Numbered from the stretch's first letter, positions 1-9,917 are shown. The stretch is DNA of 64,000 bases from Gemmatimonadota bacterium (GCA_003221005.1 QHTZ01000071.1:1-64000); one strand, 5' to 3'. The notes: a model not told the origin generated them from the letters alone. Numbers and translations are program-made.

Positions 1-1659
1 GACGACGGTGACACTGCTATCTCCCGGGAGGAGGAAGAAGTCCGGTTGCTCGGGCGAAAACGGCAGCAGGAACTTGTTGTCGAACACGCTTTGCGCCACG
101 AGCGCCTTGTTGAGGAGCGTCCGGGGGAACGTGGTGACCTCGTCCTGAGTGACGGTCCCGATGGGCGCCTTCGTATCGGAGTAGCCCACCCATCCCGTGA
201 GCTTGTCGATGGTGCGGATCGAGTCCGGGCCCGACACAATCTTAGCCGGGTTGGCGGGCGGGCCCGCCTGGCAGTTCTCCCCGGGACCAGGAGTGCAATT
301 GGCCGTAAATTCCGTACCGAGCGCCGCCGCCTGGAGATAGGCCACGACGATCGTCCGTGCTTCGCCCGCCGGCAGCGTGAACGGCCCCGACGACATGAAG
401 AACCGGGCGTCCACCGGCGTCTGGAACAGGAAGCAGTAGCGCAGTGTGAGCTGCTGGCCCTGATTGGTGCAGGAGTTGTCCCCGGCGGCGGGACTCGAGG
501 TGCCCGACAGGTAGCGGTACAGCTGCTTCCCGCCCCGCGGATCGATGTAGCCGGCGCCCCCCGAGCTCGTCGGGTTGCCGGTGTTCGAGAACAGCGTGAG
601 CCCCAGCTCTTTTGGCGGCACGCTGTTGTCCAACGGCGACCGCAGGTACTTCACCCCGGTGAACCCGATCCCGACGAACAGCGGCGACGAGAAGATGCCG
701 GGGGGATACGTCAACGTGGGCTCGTAGAAGTCGCTCTTCCAGCAGAAGCTCAAGTTGAAGACGAAGTCCGCGTTGGCGTAGTTGTGCCCCGAATCGTTCC
801 CGACGTCGCAGTCCTCGAAGAAGGCGAGGAACGCGCTCGAGATACTGTAACCGTCCGCCGGAATGCTGATGCCGTAGCGCTGGTCGTTCAGCGCCTTGAA
901 CTGCGCCCCCACCGCCGCGATCTCGGACTGGAGCGCCGGATCGATGGTCGGATTGTTGTACTTGGCGGCATTCGACGCCGAAACGTTGTATACCGTGTAG
1001 ATGAAGTAGATGATGTCTTCGTTCCCGGTGGGGTAGTTCCAGGCCATCCCCCGCTCGTCCACGAGCAGGCCCAGCGGATGGGACCCGCCGATCGTCAGGG
1101 CCGGGTTGCCGTCCCACACCCGCACCCAGACGTCCTGTTGCGAGATGAACTTCTTGCCGAGCAGCACCGCGTTGAACAGGGTCGGGTCGCGCGCGATGGC
1201 GCCGTTGGGCCAGCTGGCCTGGTCGCTCGTATTGGCCGAGTTGAAGACATTCGTCACGCCCTCGCCCTCGAACTGGCTGCCGCGCGGGTCCATGAAGTAG
1301 ACGCCGATCGTGTCCGCCGTGCCGTTGAATCCCGCGGAAGCGAACGGGGAGTTCGCGATGACGCCGCCGAGCATGAGGCCGGAATTGTAGATGTAGCTGT
1401 CCGGAGTGCCGCGGGGCCAGAACCCGCCTTCGAGCACGGGGTTGTCGTTCTGGTTCACGCACACCTTGCCGCGGTTCGACACCGGGCAGAAGATGTTGTT
1501 CACCTGCATGATCTCGATCGGCGCCGCGAACAGATTGAACGCACGCCGCCGCGCCGCGTCGCTCGGCTTCGCCAGAGCGGGCGCGACCACCAGCGGCAGG
1601 GCGCCCAGCGCGAGACCAACGACGGCCGCTGCAGCGCGAGTGTACGATGTTGAGCGCAT
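1..1659 (-). CDS. Large secreted protein downstream of the TonB-dependent receptor (3' end runs off the window)
   Basis: Not in the ORF track because there is no stop in the window. Hand-translated ends: MRSTSYTRAAAAVVGLALGALPLVVAPALA (signal peptide)...GGFWPRGTPDSYIYNSG... and ...FSPEQPDFFLLPGDSSVTVV at position 1, in the same frame. GAGGG RBS. Confidence 0.85.
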   Translation of the reverse strand, partial: MRSTSYTRAAAAVVGLALGALPLVVAPALAKPSDAARRRAFNLFAAPIEIMQVNNIFCPVSNRGKVCVNQNDNPVLEGGFWPRGTPDSYIYNSGLMLGGVIANSPFASAGFNGTADTIGVYFMDPRGSQFEGEGVTNVFNSANTSDQASWPNGAIARDPTLFNAVLLGKKFISQQDVWVRVWDGNPALTIGGSHPLGLLVDERGMAWNYPTGNEDIIYFIYTVYNVSASNAAKYNNPTIDPALQSEIAAVGAQFKALNDQRYGISIPADGYSISSAFLAFFEDCDVGNDSGHNYANADFVFNLSFCWKSDFYEPTLTYPPGIFSSPLFVGIGFTGVKYLRSPLDNSVPPKELGLTLFSNTGNPTSSGGAGYIDPRGGKQLYRYLSGTSSPAAGDNSCTNQGQQLTLRYCFLFQTPVDARFFMSSGPFTLPAGEARTIVVAYLQAAALGTEFTANCTPGPGENCQAGPPANPAKIVSGPDSIRTIDKLTGWVGYSDTKAPIGTVTQDEVTTFPRTLLNKALVAQSVFDNKFLLPFSPEQPDFFLLPGDSSVTVV

Positions 1660-1694
1660 GATCATCCCTCGAGTGAGAATCCTCACAGCCGCCG

Positions 1695-4600
1695 TTAGAA
1701 GTTCAGCTCCGCGCCGATCCGGATCTGCCGGGGCGGTCCATAGTACCGCTGCACGCCGTTGAACGAGTTATACCACGCGTCGAGCGCCCGGTCCTGCTCG
1801 GCCTCGGTGAAGATGCCGTCGCCGTTGCCCCAGCGCGTCTCGGTGCGCTGTAGCAGCACGCAGTTCACCGGGCCCGCATCCCCGGTCCACGACCCGCACG
1901 CCAGCGGGCCGCTCGCCGTCGGGTCGGTGTTCGTTCCGTTCAGGATCACGCTCCCATCGGCCGAGTTGAGCGCCTTGTTCTGGTTCGCCTCGTTCGCGAG
2001 CTGGGTCTTCTCGGCCTGCAGCTGATTGCCCCGGTTCACGGGGTTCGTGACGTCCCCCGTCTCCGCGAACAGCGCGATGATGTTCTTGAAGTTGAACACG
2101 TTGCGGACGTCTGCGAACAAGGTCCAGTCGAGCCGGCCGACGCGGATCCCCTTGTTGAGCCGCAGATCGACGAACTTGTTCCACGGCAGGGTCGAGGAGT
2201 TGATCGGCTCCACCCCGTTGCCGGTGAGCCCGTACACCTCAAACGGCGCGGTCTGACCCTGGCCTGTGTTCTTGAGGCGCGTAAACGGCAGGCCGCTCAC
2301 GGCGCGGGCGGTCACGAACAACCCGACGTCGCGCAGCACGCTGCCGAGCGCGGTGCCGCGCTGCCAGTCGGACGGCACGGCAATCGACAACGACCCCACG
2401 ACGTTGTGCTGCCGGTTGTCGTTGGTCGGCAGCGGCTGCTCCGGCGGCGGCACCTGCACGTTGAGCGCTGAGTAGAACTGCCGCCCCGACGTCTGCAGGT
2501 AGGAGAACGGATCCGATCCGGTGCTGCGCGCGGCCTGGAACGTGTAGGACACCGAGGCGTTGAGCCAGTTTCCGACGCGGCGGATCACGCTCACGTCAAT
2601 GCCGCGCGCCCAGCCGAAGTCCGCGCTGCGCAGCACGTTCACGTTGATGGTCGCCCCCACGTTCGCCGGATCGTTGATGGTCTCGATCCGGTACGCCGGA
2701 TTGGCCACAAAGTCCTTGTTATACGCCGCGACGTCGAGCACCAAGTCGTTCGAGAACGCGTGGCGCACCCCGAACTCGAACAGAATCGTCTTGCCGAACC
2801 CGATATCCTGCCCGAAAAAGTCGTTCGTGTTCGTGAACGACAGGTCGTTGTTCGTCCCGCTCAAGAGCGTGTTGAACTCGGGGGTGTTGACCTGGTGCGC
2901 GTAGGAGAGGCGGAAATCGGTGTGCTCGGTGATGGGGAACGAGACCCGCAGTCGCGGGGACAGCAGCCAGTGCGTCTGGGCCGGGGTGAAGACCCGCGCG
3001 ATGGAGGCCGTGAGCGAGTCCGCGTTCGTCGCCGCGAGCGGGCTCCACGCCGGATTGCTGGAGATCCGCCCCGGCGTGTTCGGGAACAGCGCCTCGGCGT
3101 TCATCTCATCCCACCGCACGCCTAGCTCGATGACCACGTCACCCAGATCGAGCCGGTCCGAGCCCCACAGCGCCGTGGTGTACGGCTTGCCGGCATAGGC
3201 GACGAGGAAGATCTCGTCGCTCAGGGAGCCGTTCCAGAACGACAGATCGCTCTTCTTGTACTCGCCGCCGAAGTTGAACCGATGGTAGCGGTTCGCCTGC
3301 CAGTCGAGCTGCGCGAACGCGCGATAGCGATTCTCGTGGTACATCGTCAACGCCCGGCCGTCGTCGACCCCGACGGTGTTCCATCCCTCGGACGACGACA
3401 GGCCGTAGGGATTCATGCGGTACGGCTGGCTCGACAGCAGGTCGGAGCGCCCGATATAGGGGATCCGGAGTCCTTGGTTGAGCCGCACGTTGCTGATGAT
3501 GTCGTCAGTGATGGGGAATGGGAGGGCGCCGAATCCGGTGAACTCCATCGACTTGAGCGAGATCCCACCCAACGGGCTGCGGGTGGAGAGCTCGTACGCC
3601 GGGTCCAGTCGCCCCACGATCCGGCTGTCCTGACCCCAGGAGAGGTTGACGTTCAGCGCCAGCTGGTGCTCGGCCGCCTTGAATACCGAGTGGTTCCAGT
3701 TGAGCACACCCAGCTTGCTCCACACGTGCGTGCCCGTGTACAGTGCCGGATCGCCGATGTTGTTCGCGGCGCTGTTGCCCGCGTTCGCGACCAGGTCGCC
3801 AGGATAGTTGCGGCGCTTGTTGTCGACCGCGAGCCCGGTGATTGAAACGTTGGAGCCGCTACCGTAGCTGTAGGCCAGCTTCCCCTGAAGCTGGGTGACG
3901 GTGTTCCAGTTGAGCGGCAACCGCCGGCCCTGGCAGTCGAAGCCATAGTTACTGTTCATCAGGGCGTTGCTCGCGCCCAGCCCCCCGCATTGCCCGCCGA
4001 ACTGCACGAACGTGGGAATCGCCACCGACTGCACGCCGCTCCCGTCGGACTTGTTTACGGTGACCGTCGTGTCGAGCCCGCCCAGCACGAACGTCGGGAT
4101 CGAATCCTGGCCCAGGCCGCTGCCTCCGCACCCCAACGTCTGTCGCTGCCCGGCCCCGAAATAGCCGCAGGACGCCTGGCCCTGGACTACGCCGGACGCG
4201 AAGAACGAGAGGTTCGCAACGCTCGGGATCGGTCCGCCGAAGGAGCCTTCCATGCGGTTGAGACCGTTGCTGATGGCGTTACCGAACGGCTCGTCCGTGT
4301 CGTAGGAGGCAGACGCCTTGTAGCTCTGACCGCCCGCGCGCGTCGTGTACGAGATGACGCCGGACTGGGCATCGCCGAAGTCGACCCCTAGCGCTCCCGT
4401 GGTCACCGACGCCTCTTCGACGGCGTTGGTGTTCACCTGGAGGAATTGACGCCCGTACGCGGTGCTGCGCACCGGAGCGCCGTCGATGTAGACGTTCGCG
4501 TCACCCGGGCGCCCGCCCCGGAGCACGAGTCCGTTGGCGTTCCCCGATTCGACGACGCCCGGCGTGAGCGCGACGATCTGCCGTGGGTCGTCGATCGGCA

Positions 4601-5051
4601 GGCTGCCGATGTTCGTGATGATCGTCTTCGACGTCACCTGATCGCGCGGCACGACCGGGTTCGCCGCCGCTTCGATTACCACGGGGCCGATTGCGACGGC
4701 GGACGGCGTGAGCTTCACGTTCTGCGTGATCGTCTGGCCGCCGAGCACGCGGACGCCCTGGATCTCCGCGGCCGTGTACCCGATGAAGCGTGCGCGCAGC
4801 GTGTAGGTCCCCGCCGGGACGTTGTTCAGGAAGTAGTAGCCCTTGTCGCTCGTCGGCGCGCTGAACGCGGTTCCCACGAGGCTCACCTGGGCGTTCGCGA
4901 TGGGCGCACCCGACTGATCTGTCACCGTACCTTCGAGCTTCCCGGTTGCTTCCTGCGCTGCGAGCGGACCGACGGCGCAGATGAGCGCCACGGTCCACGC
5001 GACGCCCAGCGCGAACAGGCGACCGAAGGCGCCTCGCACACGATGCGTCAT
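1695..5051 (-). CDS. TonB-dependent outer-membrane receptor with N-terminal carboxypeptidase-regulatory-like domain
   Basis: Signal peptide; GKLEGTVTD...NVPAGTYTL; plug motif LRGGRPGDANVYIDG; C-terminal PRQIRIGAELNF. GGAGG RBS before ATG 5051. Confidence 0.9.
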   Translation of the reverse strand: MTHRVRGAFGRLFALGVAWTVALICAVGPLAAQEATGKLEGTVTDQSGAPIANAQVSLVGTAFSAPTSDKGYYFLNNVPAGTYTLRARFIGYTAAEIQGVRVLGGQTITQNVKLTPSAVAIGPVVIEAAANPVVPRDQVTSKTIITNIGSLPIDDPRQIVALTPGVVESGNANGLVLRGGRPGDANVYIDGAPVRSTAYGRQFLQVNTNAVEEASVTTGALGVDFGDAQSGVISYTTRAGGQSYKASASYDTDEPFGNAISNGLNRMEGSFGGPIPSVANLSFFASGVVQGQASCGYFGAGQRQTLGCGGSGLGQDSIPTFVLGGLDTTVTVNKSDGSGVQSVAIPTFVQFGGQCGGLGASNALMNSNYGFDCQGRRLPLNWNTVTQLQGKLAYSYGSGSNVSITGLAVDNKRRNYPGDLVANAGNSAANNIGDPALYTGTHVWSKLGVLNWNHSVFKAAEHQLALNVNLSWGQDSRIVGRLDPAYELSTRSPLGGISLKSMEFTGFGALPFPITDDIISNVRLNQGLRIPYIGRSDLLSSQPYRMNPYGLSSSEGWNTVGVDDGRALTMYHENRYRAFAQLDWQANRYHRFNFGGEYKKSDLSFWNGSLSDEIFLVAYAGKPYTTALWGSDRLDLGDVVIELGVRWDEMNAEALFPNTPGRISSNPAWSPLAATNADSLTASIARVFTPAQTHWLLSPRLRVSFPITEHTDFRLSYAHQVNTPEFNTLLSGTNNDLSFTNTNDFFGQDIGFGKTILFEFGVRHAFSNDLVLDVAAYNKDFVANPAYRIETINDPANVGATINVNVLRSADFGWARGIDVSVIRRVGNWLNASVSYTFQAARSTGSDPFSYLQTSGRQFYSALNVQVPPPEQPLPTNDNRQHNVVGSLSIAVPSDWQRGTALGSVLRDVGLFVTARAVSGLPFTRLKNTGQGQTAPFEVYGLTGNGVEPINSSTLPWNKFVDLRLNKGIRVGRLDWTLFADVRNVFNFKNIIALFAETGDVTNPVNRGNQLQAEKTQLANEANQNKALNSADGSVILNGTNTDPTASGPLACGSWTGDAGPVNCVLLQRTETRWGNGDGIFTEAEQDRALDAWYNSFNGVQRYYGPPRQIRIGAELNF

Positions 5052-5169
5052 GGATGCATCCTCCACATGGAAATGCGCGTGGACTACCGAACGAACCGAG
5101 GACGACGACACGGCATCACCTCATATCTGTCTGGTCAGATACGGTGATCAGTTTGGTCAGCTTTTGTGG

Positions 5170-5198
5170 AACCTGACCGCCCCGGACACCTTCGTCAA
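5170..5198 (-). promoter_or_regulatory. Putative sigma70 promoter of the TBDR operon
   Basis: TTGACG-N17-CAGGTT on the minus strand. Confidence 0.45.
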
Positions 5199-5317
5199 GC
5201 CGAGAATGCCACGGGTCACGCGGACCTGCTGCCGGCCCCGGCGGCTCATCCGCTCGGGTGGCGCCGCGAACATGACGCCCATTTGGGGAGCCCGCAAGCC
5301 CCCCCATTCGGGGGGCG

Positions 5318-6538
5318 TCAGACCAGCAACAGGTCTTTTTGCGGCGCCGGCGGGGTCACTTCAGGCCCGGTTTCCGCGAGAAACACGTTGATCTCGCTGC
5401 GCATCCCGAAACGCCCCGGGAAATACACCCCGGGCTCCACCGAAAACCCCACTCCCGGAATCAACCCCCGCGTGTCCGCGGTCTCGAAGTTGTCGAGGTG
5501 CGGACCCGAGCCGTGCAACTCCCGGTCGATCGAATGTCCGGTGCGGTGCACGAAGTACTCCGCGTACCCGGCCTCGCGGATCACTCCCCGGGCCACGTCG
5601 TCGAGCTCCGCGCCGCTCACGCCTCCCGGTCCCCGTTTCCCACCTCCCGACCGCCACCGGTCCCGGAGTGTGTCGATCACAGCGTCTCGCGCTCCCCGTA
5701 CCGCCTCCCAGACCCGCCGCACCTCGGCGTCCGGTGACCGCCCGGCGAACGCCATCCACGTCTGATCGGCGAACACGCTCTGCCGCGCCGGTCCGGCCCA
5801 GAGATCGAGCAGCAGCACCTGTCCGGCCTGCAGGCGGCGGTCCGCTCCCTCCCGGGGCTCGTAGTGCGGCAGCGCGGAGTTTTCCTGGAATGCGACGATC
5901 GGCGGCTCGTCGGTGACGAGCCCTGCGCGGTCGATGGCATCGAGCACGCGGCGCTGCAGCGCGGCCTCGCGCACCTCGGCACCGCGCGCCACCTCGGCGC
6001 CCGCCCACCGCAGCGCGTCGCCCGCGATCTCGGCGAGCGCCCGCGCCGCGCGGCGGTGGCCCGCGAGCTCGGCTGCGCTCCACCGCGCCGCAAACCGGGT
6101 CACGAGCGGCGCCGACGACACCACCCGCGCGCCGAGCGACTCCAGCAGCTCGATGACACCGTGGGGCACGCGGTCGACGTACGGCACCGCGTCGCCCGGC
6201 GAGATCTCCATCGCCAGCGTCCGGCCCGCCGCGAGGGCGCGCAGCTCGGCGTGCAACTCGCGCCACCCCGCGTAGGGCCGCACCTCGCCGGGGAACCCTG
6301 CGAGCGCGTGCTGCTCGACGCGATGCGCCACCGCCACCGGCCGACCGCGGACCGGGAGCAGCACGAACAGGCGCCGCGTGCCCAGCGCCACCGCGTCGCG
6401 TCCGAGCAGCCGCGTCATCACGGGATTGATGTGGTGGAAGTCGAACAGCAGCCACCCGTCGGCGCCGAGCTCCGCGAGTGCGGGCGTCAGGGCCGCGAGG
6501 TCGAGTCCATCCAGCGGGGGCGTGGGACTGCTGGGCAT
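5318..6538 (-). CDS. M24 family (Xaa-Pro) aminopeptidase
   Basis: LLLDLW, FADQT, HRTGHSID, FSVEPGVY and MRSEIN metal-binding motifs. Confidence 0.9.
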   Translation of the reverse strand: MPSSPTPPLDGLDLAALTPALAELGADGWLLFDFHHINPVMTRLLGRDAVALGTRRLFVLLPVRGRPVAVAHRVEQHALAGFPGEVRPYAGWRELHAELRALAAGRTLAMEISPGDAVPYVDRVPHGVIELLESLGARVVSSAPLVTRFAARWSAAELAGHRRAARALAEIAGDALRWAGAEVARGAEVREAALQRRVLDAIDRAGLVTDEPPIVAFQENSALPHYEPREGADRRLQAGQVLLLDLWAGPARQSVFADQTWMAFAGRSPDAEVRRVWEAVRGARDAVIDTLRDRWRSGGGKRGPGGVSGAELDDVARGVIREAGYAEYFVHRTGHSIDRELHGSGPHLDNFETADTRGLIPGVGFSVEPGVYFPGRFGMRSEINVFLAETGPEVTPPAPQKDLLLV

Positions 6539-7143
6539 CAATTGTGTCGCGGATCGGGGGCGGCGGCCCGCCATTCGCAAGCGTCGGCACCGGAGGCGCG
6601 ACACGCCGTGTGCACCATCGCCCCTTCGAAGCCCGCGAGCAAGCGGAGCAGCTCGGCGAAGCCGGCTGCGTACAGGCTGCACGCGGTGCCGTCAGGCGTC
6701 GCGCTGACGGCCAGCGAGTCGCGCACCCGCGCCACGGGGACGTGCGCCTCGCGCCGCAGCTCGCCGCCGAGCACCGCGCGCGCAGCGCGGCGCGCCGCCC
6801 TGAAGCCGAGTACCGTGGGTGAGACCCGCGCCGCGAGGCGCGACCCCACGAACAGGCGGGCGACGGCGCGTCGCGCCGCGCGCCGCCCCGCATCGGCGAA
6901 CACGAGATCCGCGTCGGGACGGCGGCCCACCAGACGCAGCAGCGCCTCCACGTGAGCGCGGTCCACCCGGGCGTCGCGCCGCACCAGCCCTTCGTACTGC
7001 GCCAGTTGCATGGCGACGGTCGGGGACAACCCCAAGCGCTTGCTCAGGAGCTCCGCGGCAAACTCGGTCAGCCCGTCTTCGACCGGCGTGTCGAGGTTGC
7101 GGACGGCCTCAAGTACGGCGAGCGGCAGGATGCTGTGCACCAC
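6538..7143 (-). CDS. Hypothetical protein with C-terminal V4R-like domain
   Basis: ACSLY...HTACRASGADACEW matches the V4R Cys pattern; 1-nt overlap with the peptidase. Confidence 0.6.
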   Translation of the reverse strand: MVHSILPLAVLEAVRNLDTPVEDGLTEFAAELLSKRLGLSPTVAMQLAQYEGLVRRDARVDRAHVEALLRLVGRRPDADLVFADAGRRAARRAVARLFVGSRLAARVSPTVLGFRAARRAARAVLGGELRREAHVPVARVRDSLAVSATPDGTACSLYAAGFAELLRLLAGFEGAMVHTACRASGADACEWRAAAPDPRHN

Positions 7144-7169
7144 GCGCGCGAAAGCTACTACCCCATTGC

Positions 7170-7195
7170 GGAACCCGGGAGGCCGAGGTCAGGTT
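7170..7195 (+). promoter_or_regulatory. SigR/SigH-type ECF promoter (likely autoregulatory)
   Basis: GGAAC-N18-GTT ending 8 nt before the sigma ATG. Confidence 0.6.
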
Positions 7196-7203
7196 TGCTG
7201 GAG

Positions 7204-7794
7204 ATGACTGAGCCTACGACCCCGGGGACCCCAACCCCCGTCGACGACCGGCGCGAGAGCTTCGAGCGGGAAGCCCTAGTCCACCTCGACACCCTGTACC
7301 GCGTCGCCCTACGGCTCACCGGCAATGCCGCCGACGCCGATGACCTGGTCCAGGAGACGATGCTCAAGGCGTACCGCGCCTGGCATCAGTACCAGCAGGG
7401 GACCAACGCCAAGGGGTGGCTGCTCACCATCCTGCGCCACGCCTTCATTAATGAATACCGCCGCCGCACGCGCCACCCCGAAACCGTCGACGTCGACGCC
7501 ATCGAGCCGTTCGCCGTGTTCGAGGACCTCCAGGAGGAGGATCCCCAGGGACGGTTCTTCGACCAGATCGTGGATGACGAGGTCCTGCGGGCGATCGACG
7601 AGCTGCCGGAACAATTCCGCGAGGCGATAGTGTTGAGCGACGTGGAGGGAATGAGCTACGAGGAAGTGGCCCGGATTCTGTCCGTGCCGATCGGCACCGT
7701 GAAGTCCCGGCTGTTCCGAGCGAGACGCCTGCTCCAGGCAAAGCTTTACGACTATGCCGTCGGCATGGGCTACATCAAAGGAAGCCGCGCATGA
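7204..7794 (+). CDS. ECF RNA polymerase sigma factor (SigR/SigH-like)
   Basis: DADDLVQETMLKAY, GTNAKGWL, PIGTVKSRLFRAR. Confidence 0.92.
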   Translation: MTEPTTPGTPTPVDDRRESFEREALVHLDTLYRVALRLTGNAADADDLVQETMLKAYRAWHQYQQGTNAKGWLLTILRHAFINEYRRRTRHPETVDVDAIEPFAVFEDLQEEDPQGRFFDQIVDDEVLRAIDELPEQFREAIVLSDVEGMSYEEVARILSVPIGTVKSRLFRARRLLQAKLYDYAVGMGYIKGSRA

Positions 7795-8015
7795 ACTGTC
7801 GCGAGGCGGTTGAGCATCTGTACGAATATCTGGACAAGGAGTTGACGCCGCAGGTGGAGCGCGAGGTGCGTCAGCACCTGGAAGACTGCCAGCCCTGCCT
7901 CGAGCAGTTCGACTTCGAGGACGCGTTTCTCAAGTTCCTCCAGGCCCGGTGCCGCGGGCGCTGCGCGCCACCGGAGTTGAAGCGCCGGATCCTGCACGAG
8001 CTGTTCGGCGAGTGA
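7791..8015 (+). CDS. Zinc-binding anti-sigma factor (zf-HC2, RsrA-like)
   Basis: MNCREAVEHLYEYLD...HLEDCQPC (HxxxCxxC); ATGA overlap with the sigma gene. Confidence 0.9.
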   Translation: MNCREAVEHLYEYLDKELTPQVEREVRQHLEDCQPCLEQFDFEDAFLKFLQARCRGRCAPPELKRRILHELFGE

Positions 8016-8689
8016 CGTGGCTCAGCCCTGACGGCCTGGCGGCGGCCGCGTGCGTGGGCGCCGCGGTGTGGTGGGGCCTCGGATGGCGCGGAGCGATACT
8101 GCTCCTCGCCTTTTTCATTTCTGGAAGCGTCCTGACGCGGCTCGCCACGGGGCGCGGCGCCCGGCGCACGGCGCGCCAGGTGGTGGCGAATGGCGGCGCC
8201 GCGGCCCTGGCGGCGCTGGTCGGCTCGTGGCCCATGACCGCCGGGGCCCTGGCCGCAGCCGCCGCCGACACCTGGGCGACCGAGGTCGGCGCGTTCTCAC
8301 GCGTCGCGCCGCGTCTCATCACCACGTGGGCCCCAGTGGGCCGCGGGGTGTCTGGAGGCGTTACGGCCCTTGGGACCGCGGGTGGCGTCGCCGGCGCCGT
8401 CGCGATGGCCCTGCTGGGCCACCTGCTCGCCCCGCAGCATCCCCACCCCCGCATCGCCCTTCTGGCCGCCGCTGGCGTCGCCGGCATGCTCGCGGACTCC
8501 GTGCTGGGCGCGACGCTGCAGGGCGAGTACGAGTGCCCCGCCTGTGGCGCGCGGTCCGAACGGGGGGACGGGAAGTCGGTGTGTCACGAGCCGGTGCGCC
8601 TGGTCAAGGGCTGGCGCTGGCTGGACAACGACGTCGTCAACCTGGCCGCGACGCTGGTCGGCGCAGGCACGATGCTCATCCGCCCGTGA
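8012..8689 (+). CDS. DUF92 (TMEM19/VTE6-like) membrane protein
   Basis: RTARQVVANGG, ADTWATEVG, GVSGGVT, DSVLGATLQ, NDVVN. Confidence 0.85.
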   Translation: MTWLSPDGLAAAACVGAAVWWGLGWRGAILLLAFFISGSVLTRLATGRGARRTARQVVANGGAAALAALVGSWPMTAGALAAAAADTWATEVGAFSRVAPRLITTWAPVGRGVSGGVTALGTAGGVAGAVAMALLGHLLAPQHPHPRIALLAAAGVAGMLADSVLGATLQGEYECPACGARSERGDGKSVCHEPVRLVKGWRWLDNDVVNLAATLVGAGTMLIRP

Positions 8690-9915
8690 CGCCGTGGGAT
8701 GCGGTCGTGGTCGGCGCCGGCCCGGCGGGCGCGGCCACCGCGCTGCACCTCGCCCGCGCCGGCGCCCGCGTGATCCTGCTCGACCGCGCCCGCTTCCCCA
8801 GGGACAAGCCCTGCTCGGAGTACCTGAGCCCGGAAACGACCCGACTGCTCGCGCGGCTGGGAGACGGCGTGCTCGCCGGCGTCGAGCGCGCCGCACCGGC
8901 GCGGCTCTACGGGATGAAGGTGATCGCCCCGAGCGGCGCCGTCATGTGCGGACGGTTCGCCGCCGACCACGGCTACACGGCGCCGCGGCCTTACAGCTTC
9001 GCGCTCCCCCGCACGAAGTTCGACGCCATCCTGGTCGAGGCGGCCGCGCGCGCGGGGGCGGTCGTGCGGGAGGGGGTCGCGGTCGAGGATCTCGTGATGG
9101 ACGACGGGGCCATAGCGGGGGTCATCGCGAGAACGGGAGACGGGAAGCGGGAAACGTGTGAAGCGCGCGTCGTCGTGGGGTCGGACGGACTGCAGTCGGT
9201 CGTGGCGCGGCGCCTGGGACTCGCGCGCCGCTCCGGGCCCCGGCGGGTCGCCTTCAGCGCCCACGTCGCCGACGTGGCGGGCGTGCGTGACCTGGGCGAG
9301 CTGCATGTCAGCGAGCGCGGGTACGTCGGGATGGGCCCGATCGGCGGAGGCGTAACAACCGTCGCGCTGGTGCTACCGCTCGCGGCGGTACGAGGACGGC
9401 GAGCGCGCGACGTCCGCACCGGCTTCTTCGCCGAGCTGGAGCGGTTCCCGGGCCTGCGCGGGCGGTTCGACCCGCGGCGCCTGGTGCGCCCCGTGCTGGT
9501 CACGGGGCCGTTCGCGCGCTGGACGCGCCGCGCGGTGGCGGACGGGGGAGGCGCGCTGCTGGTCGGGGATGCGGCGGACTTCTTCGATCCCTTCACCGGT
9601 CAGGGGATCTACAGTGCGCTGCGCGGCGCGGAGCTGGCCGCGGCCACGCTCCTGCCGGCGCTCGCGCATCCGGGGCGGCTCACGCGCGCCGCGCTCGCCC
9701 CCTACCGCGACGCACGCCGCGCGGCATTCGCGGGTAAATGGGTGCTCGAGCGGCTGATCGGGCTGGGCGTGGGGTGGCCGGCGCTGACCAACCGGGTGGT
9801 CGGTCGCCTGGCGCGCCGCTCCGACCTCGCGGATCTTGTGGTGGGAGCGACGGGGAATTTCGTCCCCGCGTGGCGAGTCCTTGCTCCCCGCGTCCTTACC
9901 CAACTCGTCTGGTAG
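8686..9915 (+). CDS. FAD-dependent oxidoreductase, geranylgeranyl-reductase family
   Basis: VVVGAGPAG, FPRDKPCSE, LVGDAADFFDPFTGQGI. Confidence 0.88.
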   Translation: MTPWDAVVVGAGPAGAATALHLARAGARVILLDRARFPRDKPCSEYLSPETTRLLARLGDGVLAGVERAAPARLYGMKVIAPSGAVMCGRFAADHGYTAPRPYSFALPRTKFDAILVEAAARAGAVVREGVAVEDLVMDDGAIAGVIARTGDGKRETCEARVVVGSDGLQSVVARRLGLARRSGPRRVAFSAHVADVAGVRDLGELHVSERGYVGMGPIGGGVTTVALVLPLAAVRGRRARDVRTGFFAELERFPGLRGRFDPRRLVRPVLVTGPFARWTRRAVADGGGALLVGDAADFFDPFTGQGIYSALRGAELAAATLLPALAHPGRLTRAALAPYRDARRAAFAGKWVLERLIGLGVGWPALTNRVVGRLARRSDLADLVVGATGNFVPAWRVLAPRVLTQLVW

Positions 9916-9917
9916 CC

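Noticed and set aside
46-1653. 535-aa plus-strand ORF and 406-aa minus ORF 242-1462
   Set aside because: Shadow frames of the real minus-strand gene 1-1659; Arg-rich with no motifs.
5052-5317. Cobalamin or TPP riboswitch upstream of the TBDR
   Set aside because: No B12-box or TPP core consensus recognisable by eye; an Infernal scan would settle it.
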